Positions 18,919-28,247 of a stretch of DNA of 50,879 nt are shown piece after piece. The translations under genes and the position numbers were made by a program. The stretch is from an uncultured Bacteroides sp. (GTDB lineage: Bacteria; Bacteroidota; Bacteroidia; Bacteroidales; SM23-62): the NCBI GenBank assembly GCA_964527875.1, contig CAZGOR010000002.1, positions 1 through 50,879 on the forward strand. Reading direction: 5' to 3'. How positions within the stretch are numbered: the first letter of the stretch is position 1; the number at the start of each line of letters is the position of its first letter. Under the pieces are notes generated by a model that did no database searches, was not told where the DNA came from, and saw nothing but the letters and a program-made list of their open reading frames with translations.

Positions 18919-20142
18919 TTAAAATGCGGCCATTAGTAATTCAATATCTTTTGAGGGTATACCAAAGTGTTCCCCGATAAATTCATTTGTTAGAATACCA
19001 TTAAATATATACACACCATTTCTTACGCCGGTGTTTCCTTTAAGAAAAGGTGTAATTCCTCCTGAATCACCCATCTGGATTAATAGTGGCAAAAACACGT
19101 TACTGATAGCAATGGATGCTGTTCGGGCAACACGGGAAGGCAAATTGGGAACACAATAGTGGACGACACCATGTTTTGTAAAGGAGGGATCCTGCTGTGT
19201 CCGGCATTCTGATGTCTCAATACATCCACCCTGGTCGATACTGATATCTATGATCACTGCTCCTTTTTTCATTTCCTTTACCATTTCCTCGGTAACGACA
19301 AACCTCGGACCTTTTTCAATCAGATACATGGCGCCGATCAGTACATCAGCTGATCTGAGTGTTCGTGTCATGACCTGTTTATGAAAGACAGATGTATAGA
19401 GTGTTTGTCCAATATTATTCTGAAGACTCCTGAGCCTGTGTACTGAACTATCAAAGACTTTTACATAGGCACCAAGTCCGATTGCCGCTCTCACTGCAGA
19501 TTCTGCAGCGGTTCCGGCACCCAGTATGACAACTTCCGCCGGTGTAATACCCGAAATACCTCCCAGCATCACTCCTTTGCCTCCCCTGACATTACTCAGG
19601 TATTCTGCCGCTATCAGTATTGAAGTGATGCCGGCAATTGTGCTCATTGACCTGACCACAGGATGGCAGTTATGTTCATCCTTAATATTCTCAAATGAGA
19701 TGGCCGTTACTTTCTTTTCAATTAATTTCCTGATAAATTCTTCTGTCTGGCTATTCAGGTGAAGGGATGAGATTACCAGAGTCTGTTCCTTCATCATTTC
19801 AATCTCCTTCAGTGTCAACGGGGCAATTTTAAGAATAATATCAGTCTGGAATACCCGTTCTTTTTCCTCAACAATCATCCCGCCACATTCACTATAATCA
19901 GTATTATTGTAATTTGCCGATTTTCCCGCTTCTGTTTCAATGACTACCTGGTGTCCTTGTTCGATTAATTGTTCAACTGCTTCAGGGGTAAGGGCTACCC
20001 TGCTCTCGTTCTTCTGATCTTCTTTTGGTATTCCGATGGTCAATTGCTTTCGTGCTTTTTTTACCTCAAGCATTTCTTCCTGTGGCAAAAGGGTTGCCTT
20101 TCCAAATGTAAACCGCGTTCCGGAGGATTCCTGCTGAGCCAT
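18919..20142 (-). CDS. ald: alanine dehydrogenase / PNT family NAD(P)-binding dehydrogenase
   Basis: 407 aa. ESRVALTPE N-domain motif and VVILGAGTAAESAVRAAIGLGA Rossmann motif. It has a ~30-aa N-terminal extension. Confidence 0.75.
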   Translation of the reverse strand: MAQQESSGTRFTFGKATLLPQEEMLEVKKARKQLTIGIPKEDQKNESRVALTPEAVEQLIEQGHQVVIETEAGKSANYNNTDYSECGGMIVEEKERVFQTDIILKIAPLTLKEIEMMKEQTLVISSLHLNSQTEEFIRKLIEKKVTAISFENIKDEHNCHPVVRSMSTIAGITSILIAAEYLSNVRGGKGVMLGGISGITPAEVVILGAGTAAESAVRAAIGLGAYVKVFDSSVHRLRSLQNNIGQTLYTSVFHKQVMTRTLRSADVLIGAMYLIEKGPRFVVTEEMVKEMKKGAVIIDISIDQGGCIETSECRTQQDPSFTKHGVVHYCVPNLPSRVARTASIAISNVFLPLLIQMGDSGGITPFLKGNTGVRNGVYIFNGILTNEFIGEHFGIPSKDIELLMAAF

Positions 20143-20226
20143 GACAAAACTGTTTTAATTATATTGCAGAATGTCTAAAATAATACAATTCACCGATTAA
20201 GTCAAATAAATCTGATCCGGTTATGA

Positions 20227-20646
20227 TCACTCAATAATTTCCAGTACCCTTCTTGATTGCTCATCAACGATAATATGAATATGAACAGACTCGTTTGGCA
20301 ATAAAGTTTGAATCTTATCAGCCCATTCGATAAAACAATATTGTCCGCTGAAAAAATAGTCTTCATAACCAATATCAAATACTTCTTCCTGTTTTTCCAT
20401 CCTGAAAAAATCAAAATGATACACTTTACCATGTTTATGAGAGAAGTATTCATTAATGATTGAAAAAGAGGGTGAACTGACGATATCATCAACGCCAAGC
20501 TCTCTGCATAATGCCTTTATGAAAGTGGTCTTCCCCGATCCAAGCTCACCATAAAAGGCAAATATGCGATGCTCACCGTATTGTTCAAGAAAATCTCTTG
20601 CTACTTGCCGGATTTTACCCGTTGATTCAATTATTAACCGGGACAT
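20227..20646 (-). CDS. tsaE: tRNA threonylcarbamoyladenosine biosynthesis ATPase TsaE
   Basis: 139 aa. FYGELGSGKTTFIKALCRELGV P-loop and SPSFSIINEY. Confidence 0.92.
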   Translation of the reverse strand: MSRLIIESTGKIRQVARDFLEQYGEHRIFAFYGELGSGKTTFIKALCRELGVDDIVSSPSFSIINEYFSHKHGKVYHFDFFRMEKQEEVFDIGYEDYFFSGQYCFIEWADKIQTLLPNESVHIHIIVDEQSRRVLEIIE

Positions 20647-20662
20647 GACAGGTAAAGATTGA

Positions 20663-22219
20663 TCAGACCGGATTCAAAATGGAAAACGGGATAAGCATTT
20701 CTTCCATTGATATACCACCATGCTGAAATGTATTCCTGTAATAATTAACAAATTGGTTGTAATTATTCGGATAAACAAAAAAATCATAATTCGTTGCAAA
20801 AATATAGGTTGAACTGATATGTGATTTTGGAAGATGGATCTCAGCAGGTCTTTTTATCTCGTAAACTTCTTCCGGTTTATAATTTAAATTTTTTCCCTGT
20901 TTATAGCGTGTATTTGTTGTTGTTTCCCGGTCACCAACAACCTTCAACGGATTATTAACCCTGATAGTGCCATGGTCTGTTGTAATGACCAGCTTTACCC
21001 TGTGCACAGCCAGTTCCCTGATAAACTCAAGAAGATGTGAGTGCTGGAACCATGAAAGTGTAAGTGAACGGTAAGCCGCCTCATCATAGGCAAGTTCTTT
21101 AATCATTTCCATTTCCGTTCGTGCATGCGAGAGAATGTCTACAAAATTGAAAACCACAACAGCCAGGTCATAATTCAATAAGTCCTTAAGATTCTCAAGG
21201 AGCTTTTTTCCGGCCCTGGAATTATTGATCTTTTCATACCTAATCCTGGATTTCAGTCCAAAACGTTGAATTTGTTTTTCAAGCAACTGATCCTCCAGGA
21301 GATTTTTTCCTCCTTCCGCAATTTCATCAGTCCAAAGTTCCGGGAAAAGATCTTCAATCTCCATAGGCATTAATCCGGCAAACATGGCATTCCTGGCATA
21401 TTGTGTTGCCGTTGGTATGATTGAACAAAAAAGTTCCTCTGACTCAAGCCGGTATGATTCCTCTATCAATGGCAATATAGATTTCCATTGATCAAGGCGA
21501 AGATTGTCTATAAGCACTACACAAACTTTTTCCCCATTCCTGAGGAATGGAAAAACTTTATGTGCAAAAATATTTTGCGACATGAGTGGCTTGTCTTCCA
21601 CATGTTCGTCAAACCAACAGACATAATTGTTTTTTATAAATCTGGAAAAACCCTTGTTTGCATCTGCTTTCTGCATTTTTAATATCTCATATAAACCGGG
21701 ATCGGTGCCAGATTCAATTTCGAGCTCCCAGAATGTAAGCTTTTTGTATATCTCAACCCAGTCAGCAATTTTTTTTGCATCATTGATCATCAAACTGATC
21801 CTGGCAAATTCAGCCTGATAGGCAGATGTTGTTTTTTGGGTTACAAGTCTTTTAGTATCGATGTTCTTTTTTATTGAAAGCAATATCTGCTTTGGATTCA
21901 CCGGTTTTATCAGATAATCATCAATTTTTGACCCGATAGCTTCATCCATGATATTTTCCTCTTCACTTTTGGTGATCATAACTATGGGTATTGTTGGATT
22001 CAAAGTTTTGATCCTGCTCAGGGTCTCCAAACCACTGATCCCCGGCATGTTTTCATCCAGAAATATCAGGTCAATGGTTCTGTTTTGAACAATCCGTATG
22101 GCATCTTCCCCATTGCTCGCCGTAACAACCTCGTAACCCTTTTCTCTGAGAAATAAAATATGCGGCATGAGCAAATCAATCTCATCATCAACCCAAAGTA
22201 TTTTGATCTTTCTCATCAT
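20663..22219 (-). CDS. porX: T9SS response regulator PorX (receiver + PglZ/alkaline-phosphatase-superfamily domain)
   Basis: 518 aa. ILWVDDEIDLL...DLIFLDENMPGISG receiver, then a long PglZ-type domain (ITTDHGT). Confidence 0.85.
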   Translation of the reverse strand: MMRKIKILWVDDEIDLLMPHILFLREKGYEVVTASNGEDAIRIVQNRTIDLIFLDENMPGISGLETLSRIKTLNPTIPIVMITKSEEENIMDEAIGSKIDDYLIKPVNPKQILLSIKKNIDTKRLVTQKTTSAYQAEFARISLMINDAKKIADWVEIYKKLTFWELEIESGTDPGLYEILKMQKADANKGFSRFIKNNYVCWFDEHVEDKPLMSQNIFAHKVFPFLRNGEKVCVVLIDNLRLDQWKSILPLIEESYRLESEELFCSIIPTATQYARNAMFAGLMPMEIEDLFPELWTDEIAEGGKNLLEDQLLEKQIQRFGLKSRIRYEKINNSRAGKKLLENLKDLLNYDLAVVVFNFVDILSHARTEMEMIKELAYDEAAYRSLTLSWFQHSHLLEFIRELAVHRVKLVITTDHGTIRVNNPLKVVGDRETTTNTRYKQGKNLNYKPEEVYEIKRPAEIHLPKSHISSTYIFATNYDFFVYPNNYNQFVNYYRNTFQHGGISMEEMLIPFSILNPV

Positions 22220-22382
22220 TTGAAATGGCTTTCCTGTAGAATCTCATGAATAAAATAAATATACTCAATTTTCAGGACACATCCAATATTGATTCGAGGG
22301 AAATTTTAATCATCCAAAAAAATATAAATCCACACCCAATTCCCACACAACCTTGTAACCTGTAACCTGCAACCCATTCTTC

Positions 22383-25046
22383 TTATTCCCTTCTATAGTA
22401 TTTATCAAAAAATAGCAGATATTTATTTGCTACCTTATCCTGGATGAGTGTTTCGGAATTGGCCGGTGAAATAATAAACCTCGCGTAATCCGTCCCATCA
22501 ATCAATGCAAAGATATTATTGTTGGTTAAAACCTGATCATAATAATTCCATGCATTCTCAAGGTTTTTCAGAGACTTTACAAGGATCAATCTATGATTAT
22601 CCGCCAGGTTCTCACTTACAACATCAAATGTTTTATTGGGGAATAAGTCGAGATTAAAATTAATGATCTCAAATTTAAGCTGGTTAATATCAATATCACT
22701 GTTGACTACCAGTCCAAAATAATAATACCCTGTGGAATCGAATGTATAAATTTCCTCTGCCTCTTTTTTATCTGTTACCATCTTAACTTCAGGATCAGAA
22801 CTTTTAATATAGGCAAGGATCGTATGAGCCTGCTCTGCTACCTCATGAGTGGGATAGGTATTTATAATGGAATCGAGAGCTGTGGTAAATGTCAGGATAT
22901 CCTGCGTTTCTCCGATAGACAGTACTTTTAAAAGAGTAAATTGGGGGATTAATTCATCATCTTTATACTTGTTTAAAACATAATCCACATCCATAATAAC
23001 CTCTTCATAATTACTATTCTGATACTTGTGGTAAGTAGCCTCATAAAACCGGTTAACTTCATTTTCCTTTTCTATTAATTCATCAATATAATCGGGATTG
23101 GTCAGCATCTGTGCAATCTGGCTTTCAGGGAACTCTCTGATAATTGATTCTTTATAATAATTTAATAATGTCGCATTATTCATTTTGTTATACAGGTTGT
23201 ATAAATTATAATACGTTGGCAGGGCTAGCTCACAATCGGGATATCGATCAAGCAAATCAGTAAAAATTGTTATTACTTCCTCATAATCCTTCAAGTCATT
23301 GAAGTAAATAGTGCCTGCATTGAACAATGATTCCATGATTCTTTTATCGGACAATGCTTTCATTGAATCGGTCAGAGGTATATCCTGAATATAAAATTCC
23401 CTGGTTTTATTACTTAACATTTCTTTCCAAACTTCTGATGAATCAGTTGCCTCAACAGTTTCCTCTTCAATATCCCCAAATGATATTTCACTCTTATTTT
23501 TCCTTCTCCAGTTGTCTTCAATTTTACGGTTTCCCCATTTCATTCTGAATTCCGGCTGGCCAAATGATTTCGCTGTCTCATTGTAGAAATACCAATTGCC
23601 GTCTTCTGAACCAGTCTGGTATCCTGAACGGCTTGATTCGCTTAACAGCATTCTGTTGAATTGCACATCCTGCATCTGTTGTCTTTCCATCTGCTGGGCT
23701 TCTTGTTCCTCCCGGCGCACCCTGGCAATGATACTATCTATGACAGCCAACCGATCAGCCTCACTCATTTCAGCCAGTCTTTGCACGCTATCTTCAAAAC
23801 TGACCACAGCAAGATTTTCCACAAGTTGAGAAAGGCTTCTGGATTTTGTCATGACCTGGGCATAATCATGGTAATCTGGAGTCAGCGATACAATTGCACT
23901 ATCATAATAAAGCTTTGAAGACTCATAATCTTTCCTTTCATAAAATATTTCAGCAAGCGTAAGGCATGATTTTGTTTTTTGCTGGGCATTAGAAACACTT
24001 TTCACTGATGAAAGTTTATAATAATCAATAGCTTTGTCAACATTTCCTTCCCTGAAATATATATTTCCCAGTGCATAATATATCTGATCCTGATATTCCC
24101 TGTTTTTTTCATCCCTGAGCATCTTATCCAGTTCATTCTTTATTTCCATGCTCTTGTCTGCTCCTTCAACAAACACACTGGCTCTGTTAATACGTGCATT
24201 AATACTCATTTCATAAGGCGGATTCATTTTTATGACTTCCCGGTAATATTTAGAAGCTTCTTCCATATTCCCGACCTGTTGATGCAACTGGCCAAGGATG
24301 AAAGCATACCGTATTCTGGTTCTTTTTTTTCTGACTTCCTCCAAAGCTATGGTGAGCGGATCGATAGCATATTCATAATCTTCCTTCTTCATATATAGAT
24401 CAGCGACTGTAGCATACAGATCTGCATATAATTTCTTTGGGAAATTGTCATCTGCAGTGAGCTGGTTAAGAATCTTCTCCGATTCCTTGTATTCTTTTGT
24501 TTCATTATATGCACGGGCTAACCATACTTGTGTTTCATAAATAATATCTTCATAAGGGTATTCAGTGATAATAAACTTGAAAGTTTCAATTGCCAGGTTA
24601 TATTCATGCCTGAACAGGGATGCCTTTCCCATGATCAGGTAGTTTTCATCGACCCATTTATTGTATTCATTTTTAGCATAAAAGGCTTTCTGATTTTCTG
24701 TTTGGGGACCGTCTTTATATTCGGGTTTGGCAGTTATCGAATGGAGTGCAATAACCTTGGAAGATTTCTTAATGGTTCGCTCCATATCAGGAGCTATGCT
24801 CTGTGCAATACTCTCATCATCATAGGTAAATACCGGCAGGATCTGTGTATAATCATCCACATAAGATTCCTGTGCCTGTTTAAGCCCTTTTTTATAGCTT
24901 TCTATTCCGTTGAAAAAGATATTATAGTGGGATGTGAGGTTATGATATGAACGTGTCACCAGGGTGTTTTTTTCTGTCGTACACCCTGCAATAAAGCCGG
25001 ATATGAGAAATACGGCTAATAAATATGTCAGTATTTTACGGAACAA
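22383..25046 (-). CDS. porW: TPR-repeat lipoprotein, PorW/SprE-like (T9SS/gliding)
   Basis: 887 aa, TTG start, lipobox FIAGCTT. It is followed by NTLVTRSYHNLTSHYNIFFNG, which I recall as typical of the SprE/PorW N-terminus. There are multiple TPR-like YY..A...Y repeats. Adjacent to porX. Confidence 0.55.
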   Translation of the reverse strand: MFRKILTYLLAVFLISGFIAGCTTEKNTLVTRSYHNLTSHYNIFFNGIESYKKGLKQAQESYVDDYTQILPVFTYDDESIAQSIAPDMERTIKKSSKVIALHSITAKPEYKDGPQTENQKAFYAKNEYNKWVDENYLIMGKASLFRHEYNLAIETFKFIITEYPYEDIIYETQVWLARAYNETKEYKESEKILNQLTADDNFPKKLYADLYATVADLYMKKEDYEYAIDPLTIALEEVRKKRTRIRYAFILGQLHQQVGNMEEASKYYREVIKMNPPYEMSINARINRASVFVEGADKSMEIKNELDKMLRDEKNREYQDQIYYALGNIYFREGNVDKAIDYYKLSSVKSVSNAQQKTKSCLTLAEIFYERKDYESSKLYYDSAIVSLTPDYHDYAQVMTKSRSLSQLVENLAVVSFEDSVQRLAEMSEADRLAVIDSIIARVRREEQEAQQMERQQMQDVQFNRMLLSESSRSGYQTGSEDGNWYFYNETAKSFGQPEFRMKWGNRKIEDNWRRKNKSEISFGDIEEETVEATDSSEVWKEMLSNKTREFYIQDIPLTDSMKALSDKRIMESLFNAGTIYFNDLKDYEEVITIFTDLLDRYPDCELALPTYYNLYNLYNKMNNATLLNYYKESIIREFPESQIAQMLTNPDYIDELIEKENEVNRFYEATYHKYQNSNYEEVIMDVDYVLNKYKDDELIPQFTLLKVLSIGETQDILTFTTALDSIINTYPTHEVAEQAHTILAYIKSSDPEVKMVTDKKEAEEIYTFDSTGYYYFGLVVNSDIDINQLKFEIINFNLDLFPNKTFDVVSENLADNHRLILVKSLKNLENAWNYYDQVLTNNNIFALIDGTDYARFIISPANSETLIQDKVANKYLLFFDKYYRRE

Positions 25047-25161
25047 GATTCAGGTCAGACAATATAATTCAATTCAATAAACTGCTTTTTTTTAAACATA
25101 TTTTATTGATCCCGAAATTAATTGTTTTTTAACGAATCCTGCCCCACGCAATATGGTAAAT

Positions 25162-25410
25162 TCAACTTACCGAAACAAGATCCTTTATTTCAGGTACTTC
25201 TTTCCTCAGTGCTTGTTCAACACCAGCTTTCAAGGTCTGGTAACTAAACGGGCAGCCTTCACATGCTCCATGTAATTTAACTTTTACTATAAGATCATCC
25301 GTTACCTCCTCAAGCGTAATACCGCCACCATCTGCTTCCAGATATGGTCTCAGTTTATCCAGTACTTCATTGATCTTGTCTACAATACGTGTTTTCTCCT
25401 TTTCTTTCAT
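25162..25410 (-). CDS. NifU-like Fe-S cluster scaffold domain protein (Nfu type)
   Basis: MKEKEKTRIVDKINEVLDKLRPYLEADGGGI...HGACEGCP, 82 aa from the ATG at 25410. The longer track ORF (to 25548) reads into the MITE-like repeat. Confidence 0.85.
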   Translation of the reverse strand: MKEKEKTRIVDKINEVLDKLRPYLEADGGGITLEEVTDDLIVKVKLHGACEGCPFSYQTLKAGVEQALRKEVPEIKDLVSVS

Positions 25411-25446
25411 AATAATATGTTTAATCAAATATAATGTTAAACACTT

Positions 25447-25580
25447 AATGCGTTGTGCGATTAAATCGACGATATTGGTAATTAGAAATTTGCAGAGCTC
25501 CCCCCGAGTCCCCGAGGGGACGGTTCTATAAAAAAATCTATGATTCAATCACTTAGTTCTTTCAATCACACAATGTGTTA
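25447..25580 (+). repeat. MITE-like ~130-bp dispersed repeat, copy 2
   Basis: Same termini and subterminal blocks as 18234-18362 in the same orientation. The internal hairpin segment differs (CCCCGAGTCCCCGAGGGGA). Confidence 0.85.
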
Positions 25581-25585
25581 TATAC

Positions 25586-26677
25586 TTATTTTTTAACTTC
25601 TACAATTTTTGTCGGTGGCAGATTTTCATTACGTTTCTTCACTTCTTCTGTTAATCTGCCGGCCAGATCCATAAAAGCTTCCCCTACAGGGGATTCCTTT
25701 GTAAGTGCCGGGGGACTGCCGGTATCACTGTCTTCACAAATGCTTTGCACAATTGGTATCTGACCAAGCAATGGCACATTCAATTTTTCAGAAAGATCTT
25801 TACAACCATCTTTCCCAAAAATATAATATTTATGATCGGGTAACTCAGCAGGTGTGAACCACGACATATTTTCAATCAGACCAAGTACCGGTACGTTAAT
25901 ATGTTCACTTCTGAACATATTCACACCTTTTATTGCATCAGCAACAGCCACTTTCTGTGGTGTAGAAACAATGACGGCACCTGTTACCGGAATTTCCTGA
26001 ACCATTGTCAGATGTATATCACTTGTTCCGGGAGGAAGATCTATAATGAGATAATCCAACTCACCCCAGTCAGTCTGGTTTATAAACTGTCTCAAGGCAT
26101 TGGATGCCATAGGGCCTCTCCATATGACCGGATCATTCGGATCAACGAAGAAACCTATTGAGAGCATTTTCACACCAAACGTGTCAATCGGTACGATAAA
26201 ATCTTTATTATCGCGATTGACTATTGACGGTCTTTTGTTTTCGGCACTTAACATTTTCGGAATGGAAGGACCAAAAATATCTGCATCTATAAGACCGGTT
26301 TGCATACCTTTCATGGCAAAAGCAACTGCCAGGTTTGCTGCAATCGTTGATTTGCCAACACCACCTTTCCCCGAGGCAATGGCGATGATGTTTTTTACAC
26401 CTGGTAAAACGGGTTCCTTTTCCACCTTTTCCCTTGCCTTGACATGAATGTCAACCTTTGCCTGCCTGCTGACATAAGTTTTAACAGCCTTCGTAGCAGC
26501 TTTGCGGAGAAATGAAATAAAAGGATCATTTGAACGCTGAAAAACAAGGTTGAATCTTATCTGGCCTTCTTCAACAAAAAGATCCTGGACCATATTTAAA
26601 GCAACAATGTCCTGCTTTTTTTCAGGATGTTTTACTTTTTTCAGCGCTTCAAGTACCTGTTCCGGTGTAAAACTCAT
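25586..26677 (-). CDS. apbC: Mrp/ApbC/NBP35 family Fe-S cluster carrier ATPase
   Basis: 363 aa. SGKGGVGKST deviant Walker A and an N-terminal DUF59-like domain. Confidence 0.92.
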   Translation of the reverse strand: MSFTPEQVLEALKKVKHPEKKQDIVALNMVQDLFVEEGQIRFNLVFQRSNDPFISFLRKAATKAVKTYVSRQAKVDIHVKAREKVEKEPVLPGVKNIIAIASGKGGVGKSTIAANLAVAFAMKGMQTGLIDADIFGPSIPKMLSAENKRPSIVNRDNKDFIVPIDTFGVKMLSIGFFVDPNDPVIWRGPMASNALRQFINQTDWGELDYLIIDLPPGTSDIHLTMVQEIPVTGAVIVSTPQKVAVADAIKGVNMFRSEHINVPVLGLIENMSWFTPAELPDHKYYIFGKDGCKDLSEKLNVPLLGQIPIVQSICEDSDTGSPPALTKESPVGEAFMDLAGRLTEEVKKRNENLPPTKIVEVKK

Positions 26678-26724
26678 AAGATCAAGAAGTCTTAATTAAA
26701 ACAAAGACACAAAGATAAATCTAT

Positions 26725-27060
26725 TTAGATTAATTCTTTTGAAGGATTCCAGAAAATTTCCTTAAAATCAACTACTTTTTCATCAACAATCCTGACCCCT
26801 TCACTTTCGAGCAGCTCCTGCATTACCTTTGATCCTCCGAAATGATGCTTACCTGTCAACATCCCATTTCTGTTTACCACCCTGTGAGCAGGTATAAAAT
26901 CCTCAGTAAAACGAGACTTATTCAATGCCCAGCCCACCATTCGTGCCGAACGGGCTGTGCCAAGATATTTTGCAATGGCACCATAAGAAGTAACCCTTCC
27001 AAAAGGGATCATCCTGGTAACTTCATAGACCAGGCTGAAAAAATCATCCTCCTTATTCAT
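26725..27060 (-). CDS. MGMT-fold (alkyltransferase-like) DNA-binding protein lacking the acceptor cysteine
   Basis: VTSYGAIAKYLG...ARMVGWAL...IPAHRVVNRNG: the canonical PCHRV reads PAHRV. I prefer the ATG at 27060 (MNKEDDFF); the track ORF runs to 27093. Confidence 0.8.
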   Translation of the reverse strand: MNKEDDFFSLVYEVTRMIPFGRVTSYGAIAKYLGTARSARMVGWALNKSRFTEDFIPAHRVVNRNGMLTGKHHFGGSKVMQELLESEGVRIVDEKVVDFKEIFWNPSKELI

Positions 27061-27754
27061 CTTCAGGTTCTTCAATTTCTTTTTCATGATCAAGTCTAAA
27101 TGCCAGGTAATATATTTTCAGTCTTTGGTCAAGGAATTGTTTTTCATAAAATGTCTGAATATCTTTCATGGGCCCGGTAATGTCGGAATTGTAAAAATCA
27201 GTCGTGGAGCAAATTAGATTGAGATGATTATGTTTGATAAGTCTTACGGTATATTCAAACAGTCCTGAATGATCAGTTTTCAGGTGTATAATACCTTTGT
27301 TGATAAGAAACTGCTGATAAAGTTTGAGGAATCTTGAGCCGGTCAGGCGTTTTTTATTTCTCTTTTTCTTCACCTGTGGATCAGGAAATGTAAGCCATAT
27401 CTCCCTGATCTCATCCCTGTCGAACAAGGAATGAACAAATTCTATGCGTGTTCTGACAAAGGCAACATTACCCAGCTCTTTTTCAATCGCATATTTTGCA
27501 CCGGTCCATATTCTTGCACCTTTAATATCCACCCCGATAAAATTCATTTCAGGATATTTTTCAGCCAATCCTGTTGTATATTCACCTTTCCCGCAACCCA
27601 ACTCAAGGACGACAGGATTCTTGTTTTTGAAATATATTTTATTCCATTTACCCTTCAGTTGGAAATTATTCCCGGAAACCTCATCAAAACCGGGTTGAAA
27701 AACATTTTCAAATGTTCTCATTTCGGCAAATTTGACCAACTTAGCCTTACCCAC
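27053..27754 (-). CDS. trmB: tRNA (guanine-N7)-methyltransferase
   Basis: GKAKLVKFAEMRTFENVFQP start region, LELGCGKGEYT SAM motif, FPDPQVKK. I prefer the GTG at 27754; the track ORF extends to 27811, overlapping gldH. Confidence 0.88.
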   Translation of the reverse strand: MGKAKLVKFAEMRTFENVFQPGFDEVSGNNFQLKGKWNKIYFKNKNPVVLELGCGKGEYTTGLAEKYPEMNFIGVDIKGARIWTGAKYAIEKELGNVAFVRTRIEFVHSLFDRDEIREIWLTFPDPQVKKKRNKKRLTGSRFLKLYQQFLINKGIIHLKTDHSGLFEYTVRLIKHNHLNLICSTTDFYNSDITGPMKDIQTFYEKQFLDQRLKIYYLAFRLDHEKEIEEPEDE

Positions 27755-27779
27755 AACAATACATTTTGATTTGATAATA

Positions 27780-28244
27780 CTACCTGCTTTTTTCCACACG
27801 CAGTCCCACATCGAGGATGAATGGAAGCTTTTTCATTCTCATTGCCTGCTCATATTCGAATATGTACATCCCTTTTTGAGCAAAACGTACATTTTTTTTG
27901 TATAACCTTTGCATATCCCATATATCTCCAAGACCTTTACCAAGCCACTTCCCCTTTTCATCCGCCAGGATAACCTGAACGGTATCTTTTATTGAATGAC
28001 CTGAAGGAGCAGTGGTGGTTATGAAAAGATAAAGATTGCTGACAGGATACATACCTGTGTTCCGGACATTGATATAGATATTATGAGGAGTAATGGTATC
28101 CCGGATGATGACTTCAAATCGGACAGGAGCATCTTTATCCCAGATGCCATCCGGGATCCTGATATTCTTTTCATATACACAGTCAGGATCACATGAACAG
28201 AGCAGAGCAATAGCCAGAAAGATGAAAAGACGACGGTTACCCAT
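27780..28244 (-). CDS. gldH: gliding motility lipoprotein GldH-like
   Basis: 154 aa, lipobox LLCSC. Size, composition and its position downstream of the PSP1 gene match GldH as I remember it. Confidence 0.7.
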   Translation of the reverse strand: MGNRRLFIFLAIALLCSCDPDCVYEKNIRIPDGIWDKDAPVRFEVIIRDTITPHNIYINVRNTGMYPVSNLYLFITTTAPSGHSIKDTVQVILADEKGKWLGKGLGDIWDMQRLYKKNVRFAQKGMYIFEYEQAMRMKKLPFILDVGLRVEKSR

Positions 28245-28247
28245 ATA

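Noticed and set aside
20202-20498. 98-codon ORF overlapping tsaE in another frame
   Set aside because: It is a shadow of the tsaE frame, which carries the P-loop signature.
25411-25548. N-terminal 46-codon extension of the NifU-like ORF in the track
   Set aside because: The extension is the translation of the MITE-like repeat (its twin at 18234-18362 is intergenic). The internal ATG at 25410 gives a normal-length Nfu domain.
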